Source of the DNA: Methanomassiliicoccales archaeon
GTDB taxonomy: Archaea > Thermoplasmatota > Thermoplasmata > Methanomassiliicoccales > UBA472
Assembly: GCA_036677555.1 (NCBI GenBank)
Contig: JAVBWG010000006.1
Location: 70,202 to 134,201, forward strand
Direction of reading: 5' to 3'
DNA length: 64,000 bases
This document shows, in pieces, positions 45,503 through 54,323 of the stretch. The position numbers were made by a program, and so were the translations under genes. Every line of letters starts with the position of its first letter. The stretch's first letter is position 1. The notes beneath the pieces are model-generated. The model was not told the origin of the DNA and made no database searches. It saw nothing but the letters and a program-made list of their open reading frames with translations.

Positions 45503-47041
45503 ATGCCCTATCGGAATATATTCGCCAGGTGCGATGTGAGCTCAGCAACGACAGGGGCATTGCCTCGGGAGATAATCGAATTCCTGCTATCGCCAGGAGG
45601 ACATTCGCTTCTTATCAAAGGAGATGCGGGCACTGGGAAGACCACCATGGCCCTGCAGACAATCGAGTTGCTTTCCGACAGGCAGCCAGAATACTACCTT
45701 TCATCCCGCGTTTCCGACGTGGCGCTTTATCAGCAGTTCCCCTGGCTGAAGGACCGCGTGGAAAAGAACCAGCTGATGAAGGCCGGCATGGCCTTCCTAC
45801 GCCGCTCCTGGAGCAAAGATGGTGGGAAAAGGACGGTCCTGGAGAGCGTGGAGCTGCACGTCGACCGGAGGGAGCTGAACCGCCTGGAGGGTCAGATAGA
45901 GGCGGGTGAGATGGGCATGGAGGATGATGAGGGGCCGCAGATCAACCCTGACGGGTCCGTCACGGTGGAGGTCGGCTCCATGCTTCCCGAGCTGGAGATG
46001 GCCTATGATGTCGTTGAGACCAACCTCCCCAAGAAGACCCTCATGGTCCTTGATTCCGTGGAGGCCCTGGCCGAGAACTACGGCATTCCCGCCTATCGGA
46101 TAATGACCACCTTGCAGAAGGACCTGGTTGAAAAGGCGGGGACCAACATCATTTTCGTCATGGAGACGGCTGAGAAGAGCCATCTGGACTACCTGGGCGA
46201 CGGCATCGTAATCCTTCGCAACTCGATGCACGGCAACAATCGCGTGAGGACGATGGACATCGAGAAGCTGCGCGGCTCGTCGATAAACAACTGGAGATAC
46301 CTGTTCACCCTGGAAGGCGGAAGGGTGACCGTGATGGACCGGGACCTCAACCTGCAGGACGCACGCTTCGCCAGGAACGATTCGGCAGCACCAGCCGGAA
46401 GGGGTTCCTTCGGATGGTCGGAGCTGGACCGTCTCTTCGGCGGTGCGCCGCTCGGCTCCCTCACCCTGGTGGAGATCGGGAACGGCTTGCCTATGGAGCT
46501 CCTGGAGAGCATCGAGGCCGCCTTGGTGGGCGAGCACCTCCGGCAAGGAAGGGGAGTGCTCTGGTACCCTCAGCGGACCCTGGACCACTCCTCCCTCCCG
46601 GAAAGGCTGGGAAAGGTCCCCCTGGACACGCTGCATGTTCTGGATGCCAGCGAGGCCGACGATCCCCGCCCGTTCGTGAAGAAGATGGAGGGGGCGGACC
46701 TGGCCAACGACCTGCGCTGGGATTCGCTGAAGTATCTGCTCAAGGACTCCAAGGAGCCCTACCTGTCCCTGATGGGGCTGGATGCCCTGGAGTCCGTTTA
46801 CGGGAAGGTGATCCCGAAGCTGATGCAGCATGTGGACCTCATGCGCCGCGGAGGGCACATGGTGGTTCTCGAGGCCACTGACGGATCGGCAGGACTGGAG
46901 ACGCTGAGCCATCAGGCGAGGCTGCATATAAGGCTGGAGAACCTGAACGGTTCGGTGCTTCTTCGCGGGATCAAGCCCACGACCATATGCCACTGCCTCG
47001 ACATGACCCAAGGCGCCCCCATCTGGAAGCCGATGCTCTGA
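45503..47041 (+). CDS. RecA-superfamily P-loop ATPase, KaiC/GvpD-like, two-domain
   Basis: Walker A LIKGDAGTGKTTMALQ and Walker B-like LMVLDSVEAL in the N-terminal half. The C-terminal half is similar in size but lacks a P-loop. Start moved to ATG 45503. Confidence 0.6.
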   Translation: MPYRNIFARCDVSSATTGALPREIIEFLLSPGGHSLLIKGDAGTGKTTMALQTIELLSDRQPEYYLSSRVSDVALYQQFPWLKDRVEKNQLMKAGMAFLRRSWSKDGGKRTVLESVELHVDRRELNRLEGQIEAGEMGMEDDEGPQINPDGSVTVEVGSMLPELEMAYDVVETNLPKKTLMVLDSVEALAENYGIPAYRIMTTLQKDLVEKAGTNIIFVMETAEKSHLDYLGDGIVILRNSMHGNNRVRTMDIEKLRGSSINNWRYLFTLEGGRVTVMDRDLNLQDARFARNDSAAPAGRGSFGWSELDRLFGGAPLGSLTLVEIGNGLPMELLESIEAALVGEHLRQGRGVLWYPQRTLDHSSLPERLGKVPLDTLHVLDASEADDPRPFVKKMEGADLANDLRWDSLKYLLKDSKEPYLSLMGLDALESVYGKVIPKLMQHVDLMRRGGHMVVLEATDGSAGLETLSHQARLHIRLENLNGSVLLRGIKPTTICHCLDMTQGAPIWKPML

Positions 47042-47102
47042 CGTTATCAGCCCTGATATCCGGGGAGGGGGAATTATATTCCCATCGGTGTTTCCAGAAA
47101 AT

Positions 47103-47435
47103 ATGGCCAAAGGCACTCTGAAGCTGTCGAGGCTTTTGGCGGACGAATATTCCGGCCGCATCCTCAGCCTCACATTCTCCCAGCCCCGCTCTGTTCAGGA
47201 GATCTGCATGATGTCCGGGATACCCATCGCCGTCGCCTATCGCCGCATGAACTCCCTGGAGGCCGCCGGCCTGGTGAAATGCCTTCGCACGGACATATCA
47301 CCGAACGGGAAGAAATGCAAATACTACATGTGCCAGGTCGATGTCGCTCGCCTCACTTTCCGGGAGGGCCGCTTCGAGGTCGAAATTGAGTGGAGGGACC
47401 ACGGCAGGACGGAGATGCTCCCGGTCCATGATTGA
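47103..47435 (+). CDS. Winged-helix (ArsR/TrmB-like) DNA-binding protein
   Basis: HTH segment RSVQEICMMSGIPIAVAYRRMNSLEAAGLV. Confidence 0.6.
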   Translation: MAKGTLKLSRLLADEYSGRILSLTFSQPRSVQEICMMSGIPIAVAYRRMNSLEAAGLVKCLRTDISPNGKKCKYYMCQVDVARLTFREGRFEVEIEWRDHGRTEMLPVHD

Positions 47436-47480
47436 GGTCCGCAACAATTTTTATCTTTGTAAGGCGTTGCAAGTCCCCAG

Positions 47481-47849
47481 ATGGGGAACGAGGACCTTTT
47501 AGGGAAGTCCCGGCTGCTTACGGACGAGTATGCGGTCAAGATACTGATGGCCACGGTACGTTCCGCCCGCAGCGCCCTGCAGATATCCGAGCAGTTCGGC
47601 ATACCCATCGCCGCGTGCTATCGGCGCATAAGGGACCTGGAGGTGGCCGGCCTCATCATCTGCACCGAACGCCGGCTTTCCAGGCAGGGGAAGCGCGTCT
47701 GCTTCTACCAGTCCAGGGTGAGAACGGCCGCCCTGCAGTACGAGAATGGCCATCTGAAGGTGCGCTTCACCATGACGGATGAGGCGCCGAACGATGACTG
47801 GCAGGACGTGGACCTGGACGAGGAGCGTGAGGAGGACGACAGAAGATGA
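47481..47849 (+). CDS. Winged-helix (ArsR/TrmB-like) DNA-binding protein, paralogue of 47103..47435, acidic tail
   Basis: RSALQISEQFGIPIAACYRRIRDLEVAGLI. By eye roughly 35-40% identical to the upstream neighbour over ~90 aa. Confidence 0.6.
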   Translation: MGNEDLLGKSRLLTDEYAVKILMATVRSARSALQISEQFGIPIAACYRRIRDLEVAGLIICTERRLSRQGKRVCFYQSRVRTAALQYENGHLKVRFTMTDEAPNDDWQDVDLDEEREEDDRR

Positions 47850-47967
47850 GCCGCCGCTCCGATACTGGATAGATGAACCGCGGTATCGAAAAAGTTATAA
47901 ACGAAATCCCTTATGCCTCTTTCCAGGCTTGAGTCTTATTTAATTTAACATTTGAGCGTGAACGTTT

Positions 47968-48840
47968 ATGACAGAACTCTTGGAGGACCTCGACCAGAAG
48001 CGTCAATTTAACAACAACGAGGCGGAGAAGCACCGCCGGCTCAGGGATGAACTGAACGACAAGACCAAGGAATGGGTTCAGAAGAGGGACGAACTCAACG
48101 CCAAGGTCCGTGAGCTGGTGGACAGTGCTGCCAAGCACCGCGAGAACCGCGACAAGATGAACGAACAGGTGCGAGCCGCCAAGGACGCCCGCGACAAGTT
48201 CAATGAACAGGTCAGCGAGTTCAACAAGAAGGTCATGGCCCTGAAGAAGGACAACGTCCCCCAGGAGGGGCCGTCCGTGGCCAAGCTGAAGAAAGACCTG
48301 AAGCAGCTCGAGTTCATCCACATGACCTCCGGAGACCTGAAGAGGGACAAGGAGAAGGCTCTCGTCGAACAGATGAAGGCTCTTCAGATCCAGATCAGGG
48401 AGAGGGAGAAGTCCCTGGAGGCCAACGACGAGGTCCGCCAGGCCGTCACCCTGCTGCGCGAGGCCAAGGACAAGGCCGAGGAGCAGCACCGCCTGGTCAG
48501 CGAACTGGCCGAGGGCGCCCAGAACGAGCACGACGCCATGATAAAGATCTACGAGGAGGCGGACAAGCTCAGGAAGGAGGCGGACGAGGCCCAGGAGAAG
48601 TTCATAGAGACCAAGGGCAAGGCCGACGAGGAGCACCGCCGCCATATCGACCATATCAGACAGGTGCACGATTACGACAAGATAATCACCGGCCTCCGGC
48701 AGAAGGCCCGCAAGGCCCGCAAGAAGAAGGACGAGAGCGTGGCCATGAAAGAGTCTGAGGAGATCTTCGACAAGTTCAAGCGCGGAGAGAAGCTCAGCAC
48801 CGAGGACCTGATGGTCCTTCAGAAGTCGGGCTACCTCTGA
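47968..48840 (+). CDS. Archaeal coiled-coil protein (COG1340-like)
   Basis: 290 aa, Lys/Glu/Asp/Arg-rich heptad-like sequence throughout. The opposing 315-aa ORF is a low-complexity shadow. Confidence 0.65.
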   Translation: MTELLEDLDQKRQFNNNEAEKHRRLRDELNDKTKEWVQKRDELNAKVRELVDSAAKHRENRDKMNEQVRAAKDARDKFNEQVSEFNKKVMALKKDNVPQEGPSVAKLKKDLKQLEFIHMTSGDLKRDKEKALVEQMKALQIQIREREKSLEANDEVRQAVTLLREAKDKAEEQHRLVSELAEGAQNEHDAMIKIYEEADKLRKEADEAQEKFIETKGKADEEHRRHIDHIRQVHDYDKIITGLRQKARKARKKKDESVAMKESEEIFDKFKRGEKLSTEDLMVLQKSGYL

Positions 48841-48867
48841 AAACCATTTAACACTCAATATTCCTTA

Positions 48868-48911
48868 ACCGGCTGGCTGCTGGCAGCTGCCGGTTCTTTC
48901 CTTGTTTTTTA
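48868..48911 (+). terminator. Hairpin plus oligo-T terminator
   Basis: AACCGGC-TG-GCTG-CTGG-CAGC-T-GCCGGTT stem-loop, followed by CTTTCCTTGTTTTTT. Confidence 0.5.
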
Positions 48912-49047
48912 GAAAAATGGCAAACTATATATATCGTCGAAAAGATAGTAGTGTTCGGGAAGGTCTGGGCTGGTTTTCAGAGTGCATCCCATCCCTTCTG
49001 ACAGGACTGGTCCTTCCCAAACCCCTTTTTCCTGTTCTCCACGTAGC

Positions 49048-49060
49048 AAAGGTTATCTAA
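49048..49060 (+). promoter_or_regulatory. BRE/TATA promoter of srp54
   Basis: AAAGG-TTATCTAA is centred ~34 nt upstream of ATG 49091. Confidence 0.45.
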
Positions 49061-49090
49061 CCCGGTTGGATTGTCAATGAAGGTCTGAAG

Positions 49091-50434
49091 ATGGTATTGG
49101 AAGGATTGGGCCAATCGTTGCGGGACGTCCTGAAGAAGGTAGCCAACTCCAGCAATGTCGACGAAAAGCTGATCAAGGAGGTGTCCAAGGACATACAGCG
49201 GGCGCTCCTGCAGGCGGACGTCAACGTAAAGATGGTCCTGGAGATAACCAAGGAGGTCGAGCGCCGGGCGCTCACCGAGAAGCCCCCTGCCGGCAAGTCC
49301 GGGAGGGAGCATGTCATCAAGATCATCTATGACGAGCTGGTCAAGATCCTGGGGGAGCAGCGGACGTTGCCCTTGGGAAAACAGGTCATAATGATGGTCG
49401 GCCTGTACGGTCAGGGCAAGACCACCAGCGCCGGAAAGCTGGGGCGTTACTTTCACAAGAAGGGGCTGAAGGTCGGGCTCATCGCAGCGGACGTGCACCG
49501 CCCGGCCGCCTACGATCAGCTGAAGCAGATCGGGGACAAGGTGGGCGTGCAGGTGTATGGCTCGCCCGGCGAACGCTCTGCAGTCAAGATCGTCGAAGGC
49601 GGCATGAAGGAGTTCAGCAACCTGGACGTCATCATCGTAGACACCTCGGGAAGGCACGCCCTGGAAGGCGACCTCATCGAGGAGATCAAGGCGGTGGCCA
49701 AGGTCGCAAATCCCTCGGAGAGGGTCCTGGTCCTGGACGCCAGCGTCGGTCAGCAGGCCGGTCCGCAGGCGCAGGCCTTCCATGACGCGGTGGGGGTCAC
49801 ATCTGTAATATTGACCAAGATGGACGGAACCGCCAAGGGCGGCGGCGCTCTTTCCGCCGTATCACGCACCAAGGCGCCGATAGTGTTCATAGGCGTGGGG
49901 GAGCACCTGGAGGACCTGGACCCCTTCATACCGTCCCGGTTCATCTCCCGCTTGCTGGGAATGGGCGACCTGCAGTCCCTGATGGAGACGGCGAAGGAGA
50001 CCATCACCGAGGAGCAGGCGCTGGAAACGACCAAGAAGATCATGTCCGGAAAGTTCTCCCTCAAGGAGATGTACGAGCAGATGGAGATGCTGACCAGCAT
50101 GGGCCCGCTGAAGAAGCTCATGAGCATGCTCCCGGGCATGGGCGGCGGACTGCAGGACAAGGTCAACATCGAGGAGACGCAGGAGCGCCTGCGCCGCTTC
50201 CGCATCATCATGGACTCCATGACCGAGGAGGAGATGGAGAACCCCAAGCTCATCAAGTCATCCCGGGTGATGCGCATCGCCCGCGGCTCGGGCATGGATG
50301 CGAAGCATGTCCGCGAGCTGCTGCAGCAGTACAACACATCCAAGAAGGCCGTCCGCGGTTTCATGGGTAACCGCAAGCTGCGCAAGCAGCTCATGAAGCA
50401 GATGCAGGGCGGCGGCCTGGAGGGTCTGCAGTGA
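49091..50434 (+). CDS. srp54: Signal recognition particle protein SRP54
   Basis: N domain, G domain motifs GLYGQGKTT, DTSGR and TKMDGTAKGG, and a Met-rich M domain (MEMLTSMGPLKKLMSMLPGMGG). Confidence 0.95.
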   Translation: MVLEGLGQSLRDVLKKVANSSNVDEKLIKEVSKDIQRALLQADVNVKMVLEITKEVERRALTEKPPAGKSGREHVIKIIYDELVKILGEQRTLPLGKQVIMMVGLYGQGKTTSAGKLGRYFHKKGLKVGLIAADVHRPAAYDQLKQIGDKVGVQVYGSPGERSAVKIVEGGMKEFSNLDVIIVDTSGRHALEGDLIEEIKAVAKVANPSERVLVLDASVGQQAGPQAQAFHDAVGVTSVILTKMDGTAKGGGALSAVSRTKAPIVFIGVGEHLEDLDPFIPSRFISRLLGMGDLQSLMETAKETITEEQALETTKKIMSGKFSLKEMYEQMEMLTSMGPLKKLMSMLPGMGGGLQDKVNIEETQERLRRFRIIMDSMTEEEMENPKLIKSSRVMRIARGSGMDAKHVRELLQQYNTSKKAVRGFMGNRKLRKQLMKQMQGGGLEGLQ

Positions 50435-51015
50435 GGCGCTACGTGATCATCGGTCACAAGGCGGCCACCGCAGCCGACTTCAAGCTGGACGACCTGGCCG
50501 GAGGCGCTGGCCGTCTGGATGTGCTGCTCAGGTGCATCAATTCCGCCTTCTTCCTCAGCCACAACATCCGCAAGGACGTGGAGGTCATACTGGTTCTGCA
50601 GGGTCCGCCGGGACCGGCGCGGACCATCCGTTTGGTGGGAAGCGAGCTGCGCTATCTGAACCCCGACGAAAGGAGCACCGGGGCGCTCATCCGAAACGCG
50701 CTGATGAGGGACGCCCGCAGCGAGGAGAGGAGCACGCCCGGCATCTACGTGAGCACGAGGAACTATCAGGATGTCCTCGGCCTGCTGGGGGAGACGGAGA
50801 TCGTGTACCTCAAGGAGGACGGCACGGACATCCGGGACACGGAACTGACGGACAACGTCACATTCGTGCTGAGCGATCACATGGACCTCACCCCGGACGA
50901 GGAGGGGCTCCTGCTTCAGTACCGTCCCAAGGTCGTCAAGCTCGGTCCTATCTCCTATCACGCCGACCATTGCATCACCATCGTGAACAACGAGTTGGAC
51001 CGCCGTTCTCCCTGA
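50431..51015 (+). CDS. trmY: tRNA (pseudouridine54-N1)-methyltransferase TrmY (SPOUT, DUF358)
   Basis: DLAGGAGRLDVLLRCINSAFFLSHNIRKDV and LVGSELRYLNPDERS match the Mj1640 family as I recall it. 4-nt overlap with srp54. Confidence 0.75.
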   Translation: MRRYVIIGHKAATAADFKLDDLAGGAGRLDVLLRCINSAFFLSHNIRKDVEVILVLQGPPGPARTIRLVGSELRYLNPDERSTGALIRNALMRDARSEERSTPGIYVSTRNYQDVLGLLGETEIVYLKEDGTDIRDTELTDNVTFVLSDHMDLTPDEEGLLLQYRPKVVKLGPISYHADHCITIVNNELDRRSP

Positions 51016-51046
51016 CCGAATCTTTATATCCCCCCTGGAAGGTCCG

Positions 51047-51247
51047 ATGTCCATGAACCAGAAGATCGCCCAGCATCGTCATTGCAGGTCCTGCGGCAAG
51101 GCCTTCGTGGGCGATGACCGCTATTGTTCCGAGGAATGCGAGACGGGGAACGAGCAGTCGCTCAAGAAGAAGAAAAGGCAGCTGCTCATCCTCTACGTGC
51201 TGAGCGTGGTCATAATGATAGGCGCTCTGCTGCTGTCGGTGCTATGA
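51047..51247 (+). CDS. DUF2116-like zinc-ribbon protein with C-terminal TM helix
   Basis: CRSCGKAFVGDDRYCSEEC, then a basic stretch and a hydrophobic tail. Confidence 0.55.
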   Translation: MSMNQKIAQHRHCRSCGKAFVGDDRYCSEECETGNEQSLKKKKRQLLILYVLSVVIMIGALLLSVL

Positions 51248-52206
51248 TGAAGGTGGGCTTGGGCGGCACGTTCAACGTCCTTCACAGGGGACACCGGAGG
51301 CTCCTCGAGGTCGCCATATCCAACGGCGACGAGCTCGCCGTCGGCCTGATGAGCGACGATTACTGCCGAAGGCACAAGAACCTGGTCCTTCCCTATGCCG
51401 AGCGGGAGAGGGCTCTGCGCGAGCACCTGGCCGCCAAGGGAGTGAAGTTCACGATTGTTCCTCTGAACGCCAAGGAGGGCACGGCGCCCTCCGATCCCGA
51501 CCTGGACGCCCTGGTCGTCTCCCAGGAGACCCACGGGCTGGGACCGAGGATCAACGACATGAGGCTTCGCAATGGTCTGAAAGCGGTACGCCTGATAGTG
51601 GTGCCATACGTTCTTGCCGAAGACTATCGTCCGATCAGTTCCACCCGGGTCCTGCAGGGGGAGATAGATATCGATGGCCGCCTCCTGCGGCCGCTCGTGG
51701 TTAACGTGGGCTCGGAGAACCCGGTGAAAACGGCTGCGGTACGCGAGGTGCTGAGAAGGTTCCATCCTCAGCTTGCCGTCAATGCCGTTCCCGTAAGCAG
51801 CACGGTTGGGGAGCAGCCCTGGGGCAGGGAGGCGGAGCGGGGGGCGGAGGCCCGGGCCAGGGAAAGCCTTGGAAGGGGCGACCTGGGCATCGGGATCGAG
51901 GCCGGGGTGGTGGAAAGGGAGGACGGGCTTTACGACGTGCAGCACTGCGCCATCGTGGACGGGATGGGCTGGACCACCAGAGGCCACGGCATGGGATTCC
52001 GTTATCCGCCGGCGGTCGCCGAGCTGGTGCGCAAGGGGATGACCGTGGGGGATGCCTGCGCCCAGCTCTTCGAGGAGGGCGACCAGGGTTCGGGAAAGGG
52101 TGCCATTGGGATCCTGACCGGTGACGTCATGGATAGGAAGGCCTTGACGGAGCAGGCCGTGCTGGCGGCCATGGTCCCCCGGGTCAGGAAGGAACTTTAC
52201 GTCTAG
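51244..52206 (+). CDS. coaD: Fusion protein: archaeal phosphopantetheine adenylyltransferase + YjjX/DUF84-type inosine/xanthosine triphosphatase
   Basis: N-terminal half: GGTFNVLHRGHRRLLE (nucleotidyltransferase HxGH) and ISSTRV. C-terminal half: VGSENPVKTAAV, GEQPWG, GIEAGV and GAIGILTG, colinear with E. coli YjjX as I recall it. The ATG overlaps the upstream stop. Confidence 0.75.
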   Translation: MMKVGLGGTFNVLHRGHRRLLEVAISNGDELAVGLMSDDYCRRHKNLVLPYAERERALREHLAAKGVKFTIVPLNAKEGTAPSDPDLDALVVSQETHGLGPRINDMRLRNGLKAVRLIVVPYVLAEDYRPISSTRVLQGEIDIDGRLLRPLVVNVGSENPVKTAAVREVLRRFHPQLAVNAVPVSSTVGEQPWGREAERGAEARARESLGRGDLGIGIEAGVVEREDGLYDVQHCAIVDGMGWTTRGHGMGFRYPPAVAELVRKGMTVGDACAQLFEEGDQGSGKGAIGILTGDVMDRKALTEQAVLAAMVPRVRKELYV

Positions 52207-52439
52207 ACCATCGCCCGGTCCCTGGCCCTGCGGATGAAGGCCAGGTACTCCTCCTTGGTGGCGCAGTTCTTTGGACCTACGCAGCCGAAGCGGCCGTACT
52301 TGAGGCAGTAGTCGCCGCCTATGCAGTTGGGGCAGGAGGCGTCGCGGTCCTCCATGCGGCACTTGTCCTTTATGCAGGCGAAGCCATAGTAGAGCCCGTT
52401 GCATCTCCCGTCCGCGCCCAGTCGGGGACAGCCGCTCAT
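52203..52439 (-). CDS. Small cysteine-rich protein, hypothetical
   Basis: MSGCPRLGADGRCNGLYYGFACIKDKCRMEDRDASCPNCIGGDYCLKYGRFGCVGPKNC... (10 Cys in 78 aa). Start moved to ATG 52439. Confidence 0.4.
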   Translation of the reverse strand: MSGCPRLGADGRCNGLYYGFACIKDKCRMEDRDASCPNCIGGDYCLKYGRFGCVGPKNCATKEEYLAFIRRARDRAMV

Positions 52440-52680
52440 TCCCTCCACACCCCTGGATATGACATATCGTGACGGCGGTACCAGCCCTGGCGCCCCAAAA
52501 AAACGGATGGGGAGCGCTCGCGCAGAGGGCACCGGCCATCCCCCAGGCATCTCATGCTAGGCACCTTTCCGTTGGCGCAATAGCTATCCCTGTATCGATA
52601 TTCGCACATCGAGCTCCCATCCTACTCTGACAGCAGGGACATATTGATCCTGGGGTGTTAAATAATTTGCCCGGAATTTA

Positions 52681-53055
52681 TCAGAACGGCGAGCCGGGCT
52701 TGCTCTCCCAAAGACCGAACTTGTTGCCTTCGGTGTCGATGCATACCGCCAAGTATCCGAACTCTCCGACCTCGGTTTTCGCCAGCACGACCTTGCCGCC
52801 TATCTCGACCAGCCTCTTCAGCGTCTCCTCCACCGAGGCGACGCCGACATAGTTGGTTATGCCGGTGTCCCATTCGTTCTTTTTGCCCATCCCCCCGCCC
52901 AGGGACGCCTTGCCATTCTCGTCGAAGGTGGTGATGCCGAAGTATTCGATCGGACCGGGCACGCGCTCGAACTTCCATCCGAAGAGCTTTCCGTAGAAGG
53001 ATGCGGCCCTTTCCAGGTCTTCGGCCGGAAGGTCAAAATGTACTATGGTGGCCAT
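52681..53055 (-). CDS. VOC (glyoxalase/bleomycin resistance/dioxygenase) family protein
   Basis: IVHFDLPAEDLERAASFYGKLFGW and GYLAVCIDTEGNKFGLWE patterns. Start moved to ATG 53055. Confidence 0.75.
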   Translation of the reverse strand: MATIVHFDLPAEDLERAASFYGKLFGWKFERVPGPIEYFGITTFDENGKASLGGGMGKKNEWDTGITNYVGVASVEETLKRLVEIGGKVVLAKTEVGEFGYLAVCIDTEGNKFGLWESKPGSPF

Positions 53056-53184
53056 GTTCTTTCCCCCGGTCATCCTAGCGAATGGGGTCTTAAATCCTTT
53101 ATCGTGTCCATGGCGAAAATGCCCTGGGCAATGAGATGGGACTCTTCGAAAATGCATAAATAATCGCCTTCATCTCAAGACCGC

Positions 53185-54249
53185 ATGGTCGATGGGGAAG
53201 AGCTTCGGAGGGCAGCACGGATAGCGCTTACGGAATGCCTTGCGGTCAAGGAGGGGGAGCGGGTGCTCATCATCACCAACCTGGGAGGCGATGTCTTCGA
53301 GATAAGCCAGGAGCTCTTCCGTCAGGCTGCGGACCTCAAAGCGGTCCCAGCAATGGTCGTCCAGCAGGACAAGGACAACTTCACCATGGCCGATCCGGCG
53401 GTGCTCGAGGCCATTCGCGGCGAGCCGGAGGTCATCATATCCATCTGCCGCGGGCGCATAGGAAAGGACCCGTACGGCATGCGCATCGGCTATGTCGGCA
53501 GGGACGGGGAGAAATATTCCCACGTATACGATAAGGTCCTGGACGGCGACAGGCGCAGCCGCTCGTTCTGGTCACCCAACCTTACCAGGGAGATCTTCGA
53601 GAGGAGCGTGCAGATCGACTATGCGCTGCTCAGAAAGAACGCCAAGGCGCTGAAGGAGATGATCGATGCCGGCCGGACCGTCAGAGTGACCTCCCCGGGA
53701 GGAACCGATGTCCGCTTCAGCATCGAAGGTCGCAAGGGCCATTACGACGACGGAGATTTCACCCAGCCGGGCAAGGGCGGGAACCTTCCGACCGGAGAGG
53801 TGTACGTCTCCCCGGCCAACGGGTCCGCCGAAGGCATCATCGTCTTCGACGGGACGGTGGACCTGGACACGCATGCGGAGATGCCTGACGTCCCCGTGCG
53901 CGTGAGATTTGAGAAAGGCTACGCCGTGGAGATCACCGGAGGGGAGACCGCCGACAAGCTGGATGCGCTTCTGGACCGTTCCGCGGCCATGGCCAGGGAC
54001 CAGGGGAAGAAGGATGAGGAAAGGAATGCCCGGCACCTCGGCGAGCTGGGCATAGGCCTGAACCCCAGTGCCAAGATGTCCTGCAACACCCTGGAGGATG
54101 AGAAGGTCGGGGGGACCGTCCATTTCGCCATCGGCATGAACCTGGAGAACGACGCGCACGCCCTGATTCACCTGGACTGCCTGGTGCTGAGTCCGGACGT
54201 CTATGTGGACGACGTTCCGGTGATCAGGGAAGGGAGACCGCTGGTCTGA
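53185..54249 (+). CDS. Aminopeptidase, M29 (AmpS/PepS)-like
   Basis: GGNLPTGEVYVSP, GTVHFAIGMN and IHLDCL patterns. Confidence 0.7.
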   Translation: MVDGEELRRAARIALTECLAVKEGERVLIITNLGGDVFEISQELFRQAADLKAVPAMVVQQDKDNFTMADPAVLEAIRGEPEVIISICRGRIGKDPYGMRIGYVGRDGEKYSHVYDKVLDGDRRSRSFWSPNLTREIFERSVQIDYALLRKNAKALKEMIDAGRTVRVTSPGGTDVRFSIEGRKGHYDDGDFTQPGKGGNLPTGEVYVSPANGSAEGIIVFDGTVDLDTHAEMPDVPVRVRFEKGYAVEITGGETADKLDALLDRSAAMARDQGKKDEERNARHLGELGIGLNPSAKMSCNTLEDEKVGGTVHFAIGMNLENDAHALIHLDCLVLSPDVYVDDVPVIREGRPLV

Positions 54250-54323
54250 GATGACCCGATGCCATGTAAAGACATCCTGATGGACCACATATGTTTAAAG
54301 AGACGCTGGGAGGGTGAGTCGTC

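Noticed and set aside
47911-48858. 315-aa minus-strand ORF
   Set aside because: A low-complexity Leu/Val/Gly repeat that mirrors the Lys/Glu-rich coiled-coil gene on the plus strand.
49750-52539. 434-aa and 448-aa minus-strand ORFs
   Set aside because: Antisense shadows of srp54/trmY and of the PPAT fusion gene, which all have strong motifs.
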